Assembly (NCBI GenBank): GCA_963783375.1
Contig: CAWANH010000028.1
Span: 256,001 to 320,000 of the forward strand
Reading direction: 5' to 3'
Origin: Candidatus Eiseniibacteriota bacterium
GTDB lineage: Bacteria; Eisenbacteria; RBG-16-71-46; JABDJR01
DNA: 64,000 nt
Shown: one piece after another, positions 49,610 through 58,261 of the stretch
Layout of the letters: each line of letters opens with the position of its first letter
Position numbering within the stretch: the first letter of the stretch is position 1
Program-made: the position numbers and the translations under genes
Notes under the pieces: generated by a model
The model's database searches: none
Seen by the model: the letters and a program-made list of their open reading frames with translations, nothing else
Told to the model about the DNA's origin: nothing

Positions 49610-52582
49610 TCAGCTCCTCCCGTCGCGCTCGTAGCCGGCCACCGGTCCGTCGTACCGGGCGAAGTCCACCTTGATATCGCGGTTGTTCCCGGTCGGACCC
49701 CAGTAGTTGAGCCGGAAGTTCAGATGGCCGTAGCCGCCGATGAGCTGGGTGGGCTTGATCTTGATGTAGGTGAGGGACTGCCAGCCCCCTTCCTGGAATC
49801 CCAGGTACTTCTCCCATCCGTGGTACATGGTGAGCCGGCCTTGTTTCTCTCCCGGCAGGATCTTGGCCTTCACGACCGCCGATCCCTGTGCGTTGAAGAT
49901 CTTGACCCAGTCGTTGTCCTTGATCCCCCGGGACTTCGCGTCGCCGGGATGGATGTAGACGATGGGGAGCCCCCGCTGGAGCCGAAGGAGATAGCGGTTG
50001 TCCCGCCAGGTGGAGTGGATCGACCATCGTCCATGAGGGGTGTTCCAGAAGAACGGGTACTGGGGATCGTCCTGGGGGCCCTTGTGCACGGGGAGCGTCT
50101 CGCCGAGCGCCCGGTACCACTCGTGGTCCACGTAGAACTGCTGCCGGCCGGTCAGCGTCCGCCACGGCCGCTTCTTCTCCACCTGATGGGTGAAGGGCGT
50201 GTAGGCGCGGCCTTCCTCGATCTCGCTGTTCCAGACTTCGGGATCGATTCCCACGAAGCGCTGGGGGGACTCCTGGAGGCCGTGATAGGTCATCCCCCGG
50301 GTCTCGGCGGAGTTGGCCAGGATGAAGTTCGCCGCATCCTCGTCGGTGACGATCTTCCCTTTCCCCGACCAGTCGTCGTGGATATGGGTGAAATCCCGGC
50401 TCCAGCCCAGCTCCTTGTCCTCGAAAGGCTTCAAACCCCGTCGACGGGCCACTTCCTGGATCTTCGCGGCCAGGGCGCCGAACGCGTCCCAGTCGGTCTT
50501 GGATTCGAACAGCGGGTCGAGCACCTTGGAGAACGGGTGCATGTAGGAATGGCAATCGGTGGAGTTGAGATCGGTCTTCTCATAGTAGCTGGAGGCCGGG
50601 AGCACCACGTCGCTGTAGAGGGCGGTGGTGTCCATGCGATAGTTCACATCCACGATCAAGTCGAGGTCTTTCCAGAGGGAACGGATGATGGCTTCGTTTC
50701 CTTTGGCCTGGTTCAGGTAGTTGGCCCGCCACACGATCAGGGCGCGGGGCTTCCGCGGGAGATCGTGCATCTTCTCCGGGGTGAGCTTCTCCCAGTCGTT
50801 CCGGGGCCAGAGCGGCATCCAGCCCTTCCGGACCGATTCCAGGATGTAGTGTTCGATCGGCTTCCCGGCGATCCGGTGCGGATCCCGCATGGAGGAGTGG
50901 CAGTAGGTCCATAGGGTCGTGTTCTGGAACCGCTGCTTCTTCCCTCCCTCGGGAAAGGCCAGCATCTTGAACCCGTGCTCGGGCCACACCCGCTCCTGGC
51001 CCACGTAGTGGTTGAACCCGCCGCCGTTCTTCCCCACGTTCCCGGTGAGGGCCACGACGAGAATGAGCGCTCGGTTCAGGAGATCGTTGTGGTACCAGTG
51101 GTTGACCCCGGCGCCGTGAATGATCATGGCCGGTTTCCGGGTGAACCCGCGCGCGAACTGGATCAGGTCCTTCTCGGGAATGCCGCAGGCCGCCGCCGCC
51201 CGGGCCGGGGTGTAGAGGGGATCGGCCAGGGTTTCCTGGAGCATGGCGAAAACCGTGGTCACCTCCACCGGCTTCCCGTCGGCCAGGGTCACCTTCCAGC
51301 TCCCTTCGAGATCCGGATCCACGCTTCCGAAGCGCAGGGAACGGGCGGTGGAACCCATGGTTCCAGGGGCCTGGACCGGGCGGCCGGACGCGGCGTCGTG
51401 GACATAGAAGACGGATTCGGGGTCGATCGCGGCGGGTTCCCCGTCGCCCGAGTCTCCGGCGGTTCCCTGGTTCCAGGGGGAGACCCGCGGGGCCTCCCCC
51501 CGGTCCCCGGGGCGCAGGTGGGATGCGCGCAAGAACTCGCCGGTGTCGGTCCGCACCAGGAAGGGAAGATCGGTCTGCTCCTTGGCGTAGGGAACGTCCA
51601 TGTGGCCGTTCTCGATCAACCAGCGGCAGACCGCCAGGGCCAGGACGATGTCCATTCCCGGCTTGATCGGGACGTACTGGTCGGCATGGATGGAGCTGGT
51701 GTTGAAATCGGGGGACACGCAGGCCACGGTGGCGCCGTTGTAGCGGGCCTCCCAGGCGAAGTGGGCGTCGGGGATCCGGGTGGCGTTGATGTTGGAGCCC
51801 CAGAGCACGATGTGCTTCGCGTTGAACCAGTCCGCGCACTCGGAGGACTCGGTCTGAACTCCCCAGGTGATGGGTTCCCCGGGGGGGAGATCGCAGTACC
51901 AGTCGTAGAACGAGGCGACCACCCCGCCGAGGTAGTGGGCCACGCGGATGCCCGAACAGAAGCTCACCGGGCTCATGGCCGGGATGACCGAGAAGAACGT
52001 ATTGGTGTCGGGGCCGTGTTCGTAGACGTTGTCGAGGAGCTTCCCCGCGATGAGCTCGAGGGCCTCGTCCCAGGAGGCGCGGCGCCACTTGCCTTCGCCG
52101 CGTTCCCCCACCCGGATGAGGGGGTACTTGATCCGCTGGGCGCCGTAGACGTACTCCACGAAGCACGCGCCCTTCTGGCAGCCCCGAGGGTTGTAGTCGG
52201 GGAGATCGAAGGAGATGCGGGGGTAATCGGCCGCCTGCTCCTCCCGGAGCATGATGCCGTCCTTCACGTACACCTTCCACGAGCAGGAGCCGGTGCAGTT
52301 GGCGGAATGGGTGGAGCGCACCACCCGATCCCAGGAGAAGCGTTTCTGATAGAGATCCTCCCACCCACGGTAGGGATAGGTCCGGAGAGGATCAACGTCC
52401 AGGATCTCGAATTCCTCCAGATCCGCTCCCGCCGGGCGGACCAGGAGGGCGGCCAGGCCGAGCCCGGTTCCGGCTCCCACCTGAAGGAAACGCCGCCGGG
52501 AGAGGGGCTTCTTCCCCTCGACTCCATCGCGGTCTCCGGTTTCGCTCGCCGGTCGTTCGTCGTGGATGAGCTTGTCGGTCAT
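49610..52582 (-). CDS. narG: TAT-exported molybdopterin alpha subunit, periplasmic NarG (pNar)-type nitrate reductase
   Basis: SRRRFLQ TAT motif; THSANCTGSC..PRGCQKG (FS0); IPAMSPVSF; SFYDWYCDLPP (Asp Mo ligand); TRIPDAHF; HYVGQE; TPHGRWSIHSTW. Confidence 0.88.
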   Translation of the reverse strand: MTDKLIHDERPASETGDRDGVEGKKPLSRRRFLQVGAGTGLGLAALLVRPAGADLEEFEILDVDPLRTYPYRGWEDLYQKRFSWDRVVRSTHSANCTGSCSWKVYVKDGIMLREEQAADYPRISFDLPDYNPRGCQKGACFVEYVYGAQRIKYPLIRVGERGEGKWRRASWDEALELIAGKLLDNVYEHGPDTNTFFSVIPAMSPVSFCSGIRVAHYLGGVVASFYDWYCDLPPGEPITWGVQTESSECADWFNAKHIVLWGSNINATRIPDAHFAWEARYNGATVACVSPDFNTSSIHADQYVPIKPGMDIVLALAVCRWLIENGHMDVPYAKEQTDLPFLVRTDTGEFLRASHLRPGDRGEAPRVSPWNQGTAGDSGDGEPAAIDPESVFYVHDAASGRPVQAPGTMGSTARSLRFGSVDPDLEGSWKVTLADGKPVEVTTVFAMLQETLADPLYTPARAAAACGIPEKDLIQFARGFTRKPAMIIHGAGVNHWYHNDLLNRALILVVALTGNVGKNGGGFNHYVGQERVWPEHGFKMLAFPEGGKKQRFQNTTLWTYCHSSMRDPHRIAGKPIEHYILESVRKGWMPLWPRNDWEKLTPEKMHDLPRKPRALIVWRANYLNQAKGNEAIIRSLWKDLDLIVDVNYRMDTTALYSDVVLPASSYYEKTDLNSTDCHSYMHPFSKVLDPLFESKTDWDAFGALAAKIQEVARRRGLKPFEDKELGWSRDFTHIHDDWSGKGKIVTDEDAANFILANSAETRGMTYHGLQESPQRFVGIDPEVWNSEIEEGRAYTPFTHQVEKKRPWRTLTGRQQFYVDHEWYRALGETLPVHKGPQDDPQYPFFWNTPHGRWSIHSTWRDNRYLLRLQRGLPIVYIHPGDAKSRGIKDNDWVKIFNAQGSAVVKAKILPGEKQGRLTMYHGWEKYLGFQEGGWQSLTYIKIKPTQLIGGYGHLNFRLNYWGPTGNNRDIKVDFARYDGPVAGYERDGRS

Positions 52583-52592
52583 GTTCCGTTCC

Positions 52593-54170
52593 TCACCGGG
52601 GGTCCGCCGCGGCCCGGTCCGGAGACTCCGGCGCGGGCCCGACGGAGGCCGAAGCGGTGGTTCCCGCCGCCGGCGTCCCCAGGGATTTGACGTAGGCCAC
52701 CAGGTCGTTGATGTCGGTTCGGTCCAGGCCCCCCCAGCCGGGGGCGAGGAAGGCGGGCATGGCGGTGTCGGTCCGGCCGTAGGCCACCGTCCGGAACACG
52801 AGTTCCCGGCTCGCGTTGTGCTGGAAGGTGGAGTTGGCGAGGCTCGGTCCCAGAACGCCCAGGCCGGTCGGGCCGTGGCAACCGGCGCAGTTCTTCAGGA
52901 AGAGCACGGAGCCGCGTTCCGGATCGCCCGGCCCGGGGTCGGCGATCAGGGCGGAATCGGCCCCGGCGGCGGTCTCGGAGACGGTGACCGGTCGCCCCAG
53001 CACGTACCCGGTCAACCGGGCGATATCGTCCTCGGAGAGCCCCCCCGCCTCGGGGCCCCAGGCCGGCATGAGGGTGCCGGGGCGCCCGTCCCGGATCATG
53101 GCGGCCACGAAGGCGGGGTCGGCGATCTCGCGAAAGGTTTTCCCGCGAACGGCGGGGATGAAGCGGGCGAAGAACTTGTCGTACCGGCCGCTGGATCCGG
53201 TGTCGTGGCACTTGGCGCAAAGCTCGGTGTAAAGGGCTTCGGCCGGCCTCGGCTCGGGCCGCGACCGATGGTATATCTCCAGGTGCTTCTCCGGGCTCAC
53301 GTAGGAACCGGGGAAATCGCGTTCCTGGAGCGACAGCACGAAGGAGGTGAGGGCGACGGTCTCCCGGCGGTTCAGGCCGGGGTTGGGCATCCGGCTCCCC
53401 GCCACCACCGCCTGGGGATCCGCGAAGTGCTCGATCAACCACTCCGGCACGGTGTGGGGGCCCTGGATGGCCGCGAAGGGGAGCTGACCCTTCACCTTCA
53501 GCCCCTCGTTGTCCAGGGCGGGGCCCAGGGCCCCCCCCAACCGGTTCAGTTTGTGGCAGCTCCGGCACCCCTTGGTCTCGAACAGCGCCGCTCCGCGTGC
53601 GTACACCTCGCCCCCCCGGTCCGCGACCTCGGCCGGCGTGTGGCAGAGCCCGCAGGCGGACTGGGTGAGGTCGAGGGGAAGGAGGGGATAATCCCAGTGA
53701 CGGTCCTCGGCCTTGGCGTCGGCGAAATCCGTGGCCCGTCCCTGGCCCCGGTGGCAGACGGTGCAACCGAATCGGGCGTCCTCGTGCCAGGAAAGGTACC
53801 GTCCGGGATGTGTGCGGTAGGGATTCGGCTCCTTCACCATTCGGGGGTCGTCGTAGCCGGTATGACAGCTCACGCACCGATCCACCGTCCCGAGATCGGG
53901 AACCACGATCTGGCGCATCTGAACCTCGAAGTTCTCGGCCAGCTTCTTCCCCCAGGGGTCCGTGGCCTTCTCCCTCAGGATCTTCCCGTATCGGATCTGG
54001 TAGAGACGCCAAGGAGCGGCGTAGTTCTCCTTGATCGCCGCCCCGGCCAGGACGGCGAGGGTGGCCAGGCTGACCGCGAGGAGCCAGATCTTGACCCGGC
54101 GGTCGGTGCGGGCCGCCTCCTCGCGGACCTCGGGAGTGAGCCGTTCATCCTGTGGGTTGTGACTAGTCAT
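52593..54170 (-). CDS. Membrane-anchored hexaheme cytochrome c
   Basis: N-terminal TM; six CxxCH motifs (CVSCH, CTVCH, CGLCH, CRSCH, CAKCH, CAGCH); the last three are followed by class-I-type MP motifs. Confidence 0.92.
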   Translation of the reverse strand: MTSHNPQDERLTPEVREEAARTDRRVKIWLLAVSLATLAVLAGAAIKENYAAPWRLYQIRYGKILREKATDPWGKKLAENFEVQMRQIVVPDLGTVDRCVSCHTGYDDPRMVKEPNPYRTHPGRYLSWHEDARFGCTVCHRGQGRATDFADAKAEDRHWDYPLLPLDLTQSACGLCHTPAEVADRGGEVYARGAALFETKGCRSCHKLNRLGGALGPALDNEGLKVKGQLPFAAIQGPHTVPEWLIEHFADPQAVVAGSRMPNPGLNRRETVALTSFVLSLQERDFPGSYVSPEKHLEIYHRSRPEPRPAEALYTELCAKCHDTGSSGRYDKFFARFIPAVRGKTFREIADPAFVAAMIRDGRPGTLMPAWGPEAGGLSEDDIARLTGYVLGRPVTVSETAAGADSALIADPGPGDPERGSVLFLKNCAGCHGPTGLGVLGPSLANSTFQHNASRELVFRTVAYGRTDTAMPAFLAPGWGGLDRTDINDLVAYVKSLGTPAAGTTASASVGPAPESPDRAAADPR

Positions 54171-54179
54171 CGCCGGACC

Positions 54180-55727
54180 TCAATGCAAGGGCCACTGGGA
54201 CTTGCTCCAGTAGAACCCCCAGTTGGGACCCCTGAGCTCGGAGCCCACGTAGGTCAGGATCACGAAACCGACCAGGAAGCAGGTGAAGAGCGCGATCGCC
54301 GACATGCGGGTGGAGTTCGTCCGCTTCAGGACCCCCAAAGACCAGAGAACATAGGCCGCGGTGAGGAGCGTCCCCGGGTTCACCGCGATAATGAGCAGCT
54401 GGGGAACGTGGGGGAACCAGTTCCGGATCCAGCCGAAGGTGACGGGGACCGCCACCGCCAGGATCGCGGTCAGCGCCGCGAAGATCAGGCTCTGGAGCGC
54501 CACCCGCTTCCCCCGGGATCCGCTCAGGTAGACCCCGGCGTCTTCGGGCTCCCGGTCGAGATAGGGGATCAGAGCCAGGCCCAGAACCGCCACCGCGGGG
54601 ATCACGAGCCCCCCCATGAAGGCGGAGTAGGACACCAGCTCCTGAAGCCCCAGGAAGTACCACGGCGCCTTGGCCGGATTCTCGGGAACGCTGGCGTTGG
54701 CCAGCTCCTTCAGGGGGGCGTCGAAGAAGATTCCAAGGAGAACCACCACCAGCATGCAGGCCATGAAGACCAGGAGTTCGGCCCGGAGCAGGTAGGGAAA
54801 GCTCGGCACGGTCTCGGAGGGATCGAGGTTGGCGGCGGGACGACGGTCCCGAACCAGGCACATGAGCCCGAAGGTCTTCCGGGTGGCCTCGGCGGGGGCC
54901 CGCGCCGGCGTGCCGGAGGGAGGCGCTCCCTTCCCCGCCGGCGTGGACGCCGTCCCCGGCCGGCCCAGTCCCCCATCCTTGCGGATCCGCCAGAAGTGGA
55001 CGCTCAGAAGCGCGGCCACCGCCAGGGGGAGCACCATCACGTGGAGCAGGTAGAACCGGATCAACGCTTCCGGGCCCACGCCGGTCGCCCCGAGCAGGAG
55101 TTCCTTCTGGAATCCACCGGGATCGAAGAAGCGGGTGACGCCCAGGGCGTCGGTCAGCTCACGCGGCGATCCCGCGATGTTGCTCCCGATGGTGATGGCC
55201 CAGTAGGCGAGCTGGTCCCAGGGAAGAAGGTAGCCGGTGAAGGAGAGCCCCAGGGTGAGGATGAAGAGCCCCATCCCCATCAGCCAGTTGAACTCCCGCG
55301 GCTTCTTGTAACTCGCGGTATAGAACACCCGCACCATATGGAGAATCACCGTCACCACCATGAGGTGGGCGGACCAGCGGTGGATGTTCCGGATGAAGCG
55401 TCCGGTGGGAACGGCGTAGTGGATGTCCTTCATGCTCTGATACGCCTGATCCACCGAGGGTTTGTAGTAGACCATGAGGAGCACCCCGGTCACGACCAGG
55501 ATGAGGAAGAAGCTCAGGGTGGCGATCCCCATGGCCATGGTGGTCGAGAACCGGAGCGTGCGGATGTGGGTCCGCGTCGAGTGGAGGTGGAGGTACACGT
55601 TGGAGAACACGGTCTGGGAGCGGCTGCGGTCGGTGACCGGCGGGCCGTGACGCACCAGGGACTCCTTGAAGTTCCGGGGCAGGCGTCGCAGGTTTTCCTT
55701 GAAGGCGTCCAGACCGATGCTGCTCAT
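54180..55727 (-). CDS. Cytochrome b6 fused to subunit IV (Rieske/cytb complex)
   Basis: HRWSAH..ILH..RVFY..YKKPREFNW, TGYLLPWDQLAYWA, RFYLLH-x14-H; subunit IV part PENPAKAPWYF. Confidence 0.92.
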   Translation of the reverse strand: MSSIGLDAFKENLRRLPRNFKESLVRHGPPVTDRSRSQTVFSNVYLHLHSTRTHIRTLRFSTTMAMGIATLSFFLILVVTGVLLMVYYKPSVDQAYQSMKDIHYAVPTGRFIRNIHRWSAHLMVVTVILHMVRVFYTASYKKPREFNWLMGMGLFILTLGLSFTGYLLPWDQLAYWAITIGSNIAGSPRELTDALGVTRFFDPGGFQKELLLGATGVGPEALIRFYLLHVMVLPLAVAALLSVHFWRIRKDGGLGRPGTASTPAGKGAPPSGTPARAPAEATRKTFGLMCLVRDRRPAANLDPSETVPSFPYLLRAELLVFMACMLVVVLLGIFFDAPLKELANASVPENPAKAPWYFLGLQELVSYSAFMGGLVIPAVAVLGLALIPYLDREPEDAGVYLSGSRGKRVALQSLIFAALTAILAVAVPVTFGWIRNWFPHVPQLLIIAVNPGTLLTAAYVLWSLGVLKRTNSTRMSAIALFTCFLVGFVILTYVGSELRGPNWGFYWSKSQWPLH

Positions 55728-55791
55728 GACCGCTTTCTTCCCCGCGGGTCGGGCTCGGATCGGGTGGGTGGGTCGACGGGTTCGTGCACGG

Positions 55792-56259
55792 TTAGGCCCG
55801 ATAGAACGTGCCCTGGGGCACTTCCCGCTTGGCGTCCACCACCAGGCTGCCGTCGGCGGCCCGCGAAACCTCGAGCCATCGGAGGGGCCTCGGAGCGGGC
55901 CCCCCCAGGACGTCGCCGACGGGGTCGAACCGCGAGCCGTGGCAGGGGCATTTGAACCCCTCCGCACTCTCCCCCACGATGCAACCCAGGTGGGTACAGA
56001 CCATGGACATGGCCGCCACTCCCCGGGGGGTGGCCATCACCCGCACGTTCCGCTCGGCGAGGATGCGGGTGGTTCCGGGGGGAAACTCCTCGGGGCGGCC
56101 GATCCGAAAACGGCTTCCCGCCTCGGGGAGGACCCGCGGCATGGGCAGGCGGACCATCCCCACGATGGAACCCAGAACCGCGGCCCCCGCCGCGGCCAGG
56201 CCGGCCAGGCTCAGGAAGTCGCGTCGGGGGAGAGGATCGGGAGTCAGTCGATCCGACAT
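55792..56259 (-). CDS. Rieske [2Fe-2S] subunit
   Basis: PRRDFL TAT anchor; CTHLGC and CPCHGSRF; GPAPRPL. Confidence 0.95.
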   Translation of the reverse strand: MSDRLTPDPLPRRDFLSLAGLAAAGAAVLGSIVGMVRLPMPRVLPEAGSRFRIGRPEEFPPGTTRILAERNVRVMATPRGVAAMSMVCTHLGCIVGESAEGFKCPCHGSRFDPVGDVLGGPAPRPLRWLEVSRAADGSLVVDAKREVPQGTFYRA

Positions 56260-58196
56260 GCGGGCACCTCCTCGAATCGGAACCGTTCCATGGTGATGGC
56301 GCCGGTGGGGCAGCGCTCGGCGCAGAGACCGCAGCGAATGCAGAGGGTCTCGTCCTTGAGGATGGCCGAGGCCTCGACCGGATCCAGGCCGGCGAGCCGG
56401 TTGGCCACGAGCCCGGCGAGATCGTCCAGGGCCGGGTCGCCCGAAGCGGTCAGGCGGTCGGCGGAGACGATGCGGAGGCAGAGTTCGGGACAGACGTCCA
56501 CGCATCCCCCGCAGAGGATGCACCGGTCGCCGTCGAAGATGGTGTTCACCCCGCAGTCCAGACAGCGCGAGGCCTCCCGCCGGGCCTGCGCCCCGGAGTA
56601 GCCGGTCTCGACCTGGGCGCGGGGGTCCCCCATCCGGCTCTCGGGCGACGCGGTGGGGATCGGAACCCGGGAGATCCGCTCGTAGTCCGGTTCCCGCCGG
56701 TAGTCGGGAATGGCGAGATGGAGCTGGACATCCCGGTGGGTGACGGCGCGTCCGGTGAAGTCGCCGTAGATCTCCCGGGCCACCTGTTTTCCCGAGGCCA
56801 CGGCGTGGATCAGGAGTTTCGGCCCGTAGGCCAGGTCCCCGGCGACAAAGACGTCGGATGCGGAGGTGCGCCCGGTGACCCCGTCGCAGGCCAGGTATCC
56901 CCGTCCGGTCACCTCGAGCCCGTCGCGCCCGGCGTCCACGAAGGAAAGGTCCACCGCCTGGCCGACGGCGAGGAGCACGTTGTCGCAGCGGATGGTCTCC
57001 CGAACCGAGTCGTCGAACACCGGGTTGAAACGACGGTTCTCGTCGAAGACGCGCAGGCAGCGACGGAACGCCACGCCGCGTACCCGGCCCGATTGGGTGG
57101 TCAGCACCTCCACCGGGCCCAGGCTGTTCCGGCGGATGATGCCCTCTTCGTCCCCCTCGATGATTTCGGCGTCGTCCGCGGGCATCTCGTCCAGGGACTC
57201 GAGGGAGCAGAGATGGACCTCCCCCACCCCATGCTCCCGGAGCGCGGTGCGCGCGGTATCAAGGGAGATCTGCCGAAGAACCGAACGACCCACGTCGTAG
57301 GCCACGTTCCCACCTCCGATCACCACCACGCTCTTTCCGAGGGCCGGCGGACGGCCGAGCGCCACGTCGCGCAGGAATTCCACCCCACCCAGGACACCCT
57401 GGGCGTCGGCCCCGGGGAGCGGGAGAATACGGGAGCGCTTGGCCCCCACCGCGATCACCACCGCGTCGTGGCGGGCGCGGAGTTCGGAGAGCGAGACGTC
57501 TCGACCCACCTCGCAGTTCAGGACCGCCTTCACGCCCATGGCCAGGATGACCTCGACCTCCGCGTCGATCTCCTCTCGGGGCAACCGGTAGCCGGGAACC
57601 CCCAAGGCGAGCATCCCGGCGAGGACCGGCTCCATCTCGTAGATCGTGACCTCCACCCCGAGAAGGGCCAGGTCGTGGGCGGCGGCCAGTCCGGCAGGCC
57701 CACTCCCCACGATCCCCACCGAGCGCCCGACCACCGGAGAGAGGTCGCCGGTCAGAAGCGATCGGAGAATGGGGAGGAGTTCGTCCGTGTCTTCACAAGC
57801 TCGGGGAGCGTGGCGTCGGGCCGCATCCTTGAGGAACTCGATCAGGTCCCGGCCGCCGGCGGGGCGGGCCTCGGGTCCGAACGATTCGCAGACGAAGCGC
57901 TTGAGGGCCCGGATGGCGATGGGCCGGTCGATGTCGCCGCGACGGCAGGCGGCCTCGCAGGGCGCGCCGCAGATCCGTCCGCAGATCGAGGCCAACGGGT
58001 TGGGTCCCCGGGCGATGAGGTAGGCCAGCTCATCGTCGCCGGCGGCGATGGCCCGCACGTAGCCCCGGGCGTCGGTGTGAACCGGGCACGCGGCCTGACA
58101 CTTAATCTGGCTCTTCCAGTAGAAGCGGTCAGGCACGCGGACGAAGACCGGATCGATACCGTCGCTGCCTGTCGGGGGGGCTACCCGATCCACCAT
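56244..58196 (-). CDS. FAD/NAD(P)-dependent Fe-S oxidoreductase (GltD/NfnB/DsrL-like) with C-terminal ferredoxin domain
   Basis: CQAACP, CGRICGAPCEAAC, GSGPAG, GGGNVA, FVAGD, RCLDC, CILCGGCVDVCP, CIRCGLCAERCP; overlaps the Rieske start by 16 nt. Confidence 0.9.
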   Translation of the reverse strand: MVDRVAPPTGSDGIDPVFVRVPDRFYWKSQIKCQAACPVHTDARGYVRAIAAGDDELAYLIARGPNPLASICGRICGAPCEAACRRGDIDRPIAIRALKRFVCESFGPEARPAGGRDLIEFLKDAARRHAPRACEDTDELLPILRSLLTGDLSPVVGRSVGIVGSGPAGLAAAHDLALLGVEVTIYEMEPVLAGMLALGVPGYRLPREEIDAEVEVILAMGVKAVLNCEVGRDVSLSELRARHDAVVIAVGAKRSRILPLPGADAQGVLGGVEFLRDVALGRPPALGKSVVVIGGGNVAYDVGRSVLRQISLDTARTALREHGVGEVHLCSLESLDEMPADDAEIIEGDEEGIIRRNSLGPVEVLTTQSGRVRGVAFRRCLRVFDENRRFNPVFDDSVRETIRCDNVLLAVGQAVDLSFVDAGRDGLEVTGRGYLACDGVTGRTSASDVFVAGDLAYGPKLLIHAVASGKQVAREIYGDFTGRAVTHRDVQLHLAIPDYRREPDYERISRVPIPTASPESRMGDPRAQVETGYSGAQARREASRCLDCGVNTIFDGDRCILCGGCVDVCPELCLRIVSADRLTASGDPALDDLAGLVANRLAGLDPVEASAILKDETLCIRCGLCAERCPTGAITMERFRFEEVPACRID

Positions 58197-58232
58197 GGAA
58201 CCTCCATCCCGGGTTCGCGATCCAATTCCGGT

Positions 58233-58261
58233 AGAATAGGACTTGCAGGTCCTGATATCCA
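58233..58261 (-). promoter_or_regulatory. Candidate sigma70 promoter (TGGATA-17-TATTCT) of the 8-gene respiratory operon, with an inverted repeat in the spacer
   Basis: AT-rich island; 17-bp spacing; AGGACTTGCAGGTCCT dyad at 58238-58253; GGAGG RBS at 58201-58205. Confidence 0.5.

Noticed and set aside
46884-52582. Perchlorate/chlorate reductase island or nitrite oxidoreductase
   Set aside because: The alpha subunit has GQE rather than GQW and a NarG-type YDWYCDLP. No chlorite dismutase or pcrC is present, and the FS0 motif is not the Nitrospira/anammox type. Not formally excluded without a tree.
52566-55955. 1129-aa + strand ORF and other long Arg/Pro/Gly-rich ORFs (e.g. 2126-4411, 7623-9269, 41731-43761)
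   Set aside because: Shadow or alternate-frame ORFs over well-supported genes.
56244-58196. dsrL (sulfur metabolism) or gltD assignment
   Set aside because: No dsr genes or gltB nearby; the context is a Rieske/cytb complex, so no symbol is given.
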